Assembly: GCF_963921235.1 (NCBI RefSeq)
Contig: NC_086100.1
Span: forward strand, 204,044,001-204,108,000
Length of the DNA stretch: 64,000 nt
From: Mobula hypostoma
Taxonomy: Eukaryota
Direction of reading: 5' to 3'
Both the position numbers and the translations under genes were made by a program. This document shows positions 60,850 to 64,000 of the stretch, piece by piece (the stretch's first letter is position 1; every line of letters starts with the position of its first letter). Below the pieces are notes generated by a model. That model saw nothing but the letters and a program-made list of their open reading frames with translations. It was not told where the DNA came from and searched no databases.

Positions 60850-63230
60850 CTCACGATAAAATGAAATACGAAGAAATAGAAATTACAACGGAAGTCCAAA
60901 GTGCAATGATTACGAAGGTATCTTTAATTGAAAGCTCAAATGACAAAATCATTGGCACCCCTATAATCTAAGCCTGCGTGCATCCCCAAATTCATGTGAA
61001 ACTCCAAATCGGTGTGGAACTCTGCGTTTTACGACAAGCCACTAAAACTACTCAATCCCCAAATCATGGCGCACCCATATTCGCCGCCACTTCCCTAATA
61101 CTGCGCACCCCACACACACTGACACGCCAGCATACATAATAGATTGTTTCTGAGCAGCAATCATTTCAATCAGTTCAGAAGGCAAGGGATATAGTCACGC
61201 ACTCAAATACTTGTTTGCCGACACATCGAAATCTGGGTGTAAATCCAAACCCATATGAAACCCCATATTCAACAACATCCCCAAATCTGTGCACATCACA
61301 AAATCCGTGTGCACCAGCCAAAAACGTGTACACCCCCATATTTGCCGACACACACCGAAATCTGCGCAATCCCCATTTAAGTGCGCATCTCAAACAGGCT
61401 GTCATCCCCTCATGCAGATTCTAGATCCCAGAACAAGTTCATTTCAAAAGTTTACACAATGGCTGGCTACACCATGAAACAACAAGAAAAGTTTATGAAA
61501 TTATGAAATTCGGAAGTTATGAAAGTTTATGAAATTATGAAAAAATTTATGAAATTAGTTATAATTAAATCAACCTTGAGACACGACAGATCTCCAAATC
61601 CGCGAACAACATAACTTCGTAAACTTCCTCCTAATGGCGTATACTTCATGTAATCTGTTCGCATCCAAACCAATTTCACTCCGCATATCTGCCGACACCG
61701 TTCTAAAACTGCACAATCCCAAAACCAGTGTGCACCCCAAATAGGCTGACACACGCACAAGCATAATAGATTATCTCAGATCGGCAATCATTTCAAACAG
61801 TTCAGTAAATGGCTGTTTAATCATTAAAATGCGCATGCACCCTACTCGTCTGCAACTCCTGATTTGCCGACACCGACAAATCGGGATGTAACCTCAAATT
61901 CGTGTGCACCCCCATATTGGACAAAACATACCTACATCTCCGAGCATGACGAAATCTATGTGCACCCCATATTTGACGACAAATTTACAAAGTCCTCAAA
62001 GCAGTGCAAACCGCCATATTTGAGAATCCGTGCATTCCCAGTATCCATGGGCACCCCTAAATCTGCGCAATCCCCAAATCAGTGCTCTTAGAGTAGGAAT
62101 CATTTCAAGTAGTTCAGAAAATGGGTGTCTCGCCACCGAAAATCTCCACGCACTCCAAAATTCGTTTGTATCACGAAATCGGACGACGCACGCGAATCTG
62201 GATGTAACACCAAATGAGAGTGCGCACCCATATTCGCCAGCAAGCCGCCAAGGCTGCTCAAACCCCCAGATCGGTGCGCAGCCAGATGTTCGAGAACACA
62301 CCGCTAAATCCGTACACATCCCGAAATTCATGTACACCATCGAAACCACTTACACTGGCCGTCACAGATTCAATGCTCTATCCCAAATACAGTGCGATCC
62401 CCAAGCTCACATGCACATTGGATTATCGTAGAGCAAGTATCGTGTCAAACAGTTCGGAAAATGTCTATCTCGCATTAAAAAAAAAACGGAGGCCCAGTTC
62501 GTGTGCAAATCTCGAGTAGCAACCTCCAACTTAAAAAAAAACACAGTTCGAACAGATTTGAAGAATGAAAGTGAATTTATTAATAAAGTCCCTATAAATT
62601 AAACAAACTTGAAATTCGTCACAATCCGAAATCCACAGACACATAAGAGTATGCCAAAGAAAGAATAATTTCAAACATTTGACAAAATATCTGTCTTCAC
62701 AAATTTAAAGTGCAGTTCAACGTCTAAGCTTAAAGTTCAAAGTTTGCAGTACAATTACTGTTAAAGATTCTATAAATGAAACAACTCTGAGATTCCTCAT
62801 AATCCCAAATTGACAGAAACCCACAAATCCGTGTGCACCGATATGCACCGACACACTCCTAAAGCTGTGTACATCCCCAAATCCGCTCGCACCCCATGTT
62901 CGTCGGCATGCGCAAGTCCGCACGGACCCCTAAATCCCTATACACATATATGTGCCATTACACTCCTCAATTCGTGCAAATACCAACAAATCTGTGTTCA
63001 AACCCAAATCCGCTGACACCCCACATGAAAATTAGATTATGGCAAGCAAGAATAATTTTTAACGGTTTACCAAGCAGCCGGTTCATACTTAAATAATAGG
63101 AAGTAAAAAAAAATCAACTTTCAATGCGCATTAAATTATCCTTGAGGAAAAATATGTTCAAACAGTTCAGAAAGTAGTTGACTCCTTAAAGATATAGCTA
63201 GAACAATGTTCAAAACTGAAAGTGCATTTA
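60850..63230. repeat. Unassigned complex satellite-like repeat, block 2
   Basis: Anchor AATCATTTCAAACAGTTCAGAAAATGG variants at ~61159, 61438, 61786, 62098, 62438, 62664, 63051 and 63152, separated by AAATCCGTGTGCACCCC / ATATT(C/T)GCCGACAC units; small (TTATGAAA)n tract at 61490-61557. Confidence 0.8.
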
Positions 63231-63244
63231 TCGCTAAAAAAAAA

Positions 63245-63578
63245 ATGCTACGCCCAGGGAAAGAGTCACTGTGGGCCATCCAGTCAGGAGCCAAGGCTGA
63301 GAGAGCGCGGTTTTCTGGTGGACACCGGTGGAAGTCTTTGTCTTTGTTCGGCGGGAGATGAAGGGAGAAGAAATTGGAGAGAACCTTTCGTAAGTTTCGA
63401 ACGAGAGGCGACCCTGATTGGTTGGAACCAAGCTGCTGTAGTCAACTGTGGATCGAGGAATATGACTTTTGGAAGATTTGAGCTCCAACCTGTTCACATT
63501 TAACTGTTTACTTATAATGGGCCATCTTTTTTTTTTATTGTTTTCTCTGCTAACCATTTAGTTAAGTTACCATTCATT
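63245..63578 (+). mobile_element. Possible LTR fragment
   Basis: Composition and motifs resemble fish Gypsy LTRs; no termini visible. Confidence 0.4.
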
Positions 63579-63581
63579 GAA

Positions 63582-64000
63582 AAAATAGAAAATAGGTGCG
63601 GGAGTAGGCCATTCGGCCCTTCGAGCCTGAACCGCCATTCAGTATGATCATGGCTGATCATCCAACTCAGAACCCTGTACCAGCCTTCCCTCCATAACCC
63701 CTGATCCCTTTAGCCACAAGGGCCATATCTAACTCCCTCTTAAATATAGCCAATGATCTGGCCTCAACTGTTTCCTGTGGCAGAGAATTCCACAGATTCA
63801 CCACTGTATGTGTGAAGAAGTTTTTCCTCATCTCGGTCCTAAAAGGCTTCCCCTTTATTCTCAAACTGTGAACCCTCGACCTGGACTTCCACAACATTGG
63901 GAACAATTTTCCTGCATCTAACCTGTCCAATCCCTTTAGGATTTTTTACATTTCATTAAGATCCTCCCGCAATCTTCTAAATTCCAACGAGCATAAGCCT
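63582..64000 (-). mobile_element. CR1 subfamily A-related 3' end, runs off the window
   Basis: ORF 63667-63930 and subfamily A-type 3' UTR. Confidence 0.93.

Noticed and set aside
60850..63230. CRISPR-like array
   Set aside because: Eukaryotic context, degenerate anchors, spacers of ~100-390 bp that are themselves repetitive, and no cas genes.

Overview
Eukaryotic, AT-rich, transposon-dominated DNA. The CR1-type LINE subfamilies, Penelope-type terminal repeats and a GPR139-like receptor point to a cartilaginous fish, probably a batoid (inference). The only host gene I can support is the 5' part of a spliced GPR139-like class A GPCR on the minus strand (exon 1 1314-1239, exon 2 from 62 running off the window), which the ORF track misses. 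About 200 bp upstream of its ATG is a divergently oriented ERV-like LTR with a tRNA-Pro primer-binding site. The rest is a nested TE graveyard. It holds about 20 CR1 copies of at least three subfamilies (one near full length with an SGNH-esterase ORF1), Rex1/Babar, an I-clade (Nimb-like) LINE, Gypsy-type LTR remnants and solo LTRs with intact TSDs, two hAT transposon remnants, a tRNA-SINE and Penelope-like elements. The most interesting signals are three minimal hammerhead-ribozyme motifs in Penelope-type repeats with a compensatory stem II change, an unassigned hierarchical satellite-like repeat at both ends of the window, a ~550 bp non-coding paralogous pair 19.6 kb apart, and two inverted CR1 copies sharing private variants. 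TE boundaries were read by eye and are approximate unless a TSD or terminal motif is quoted.
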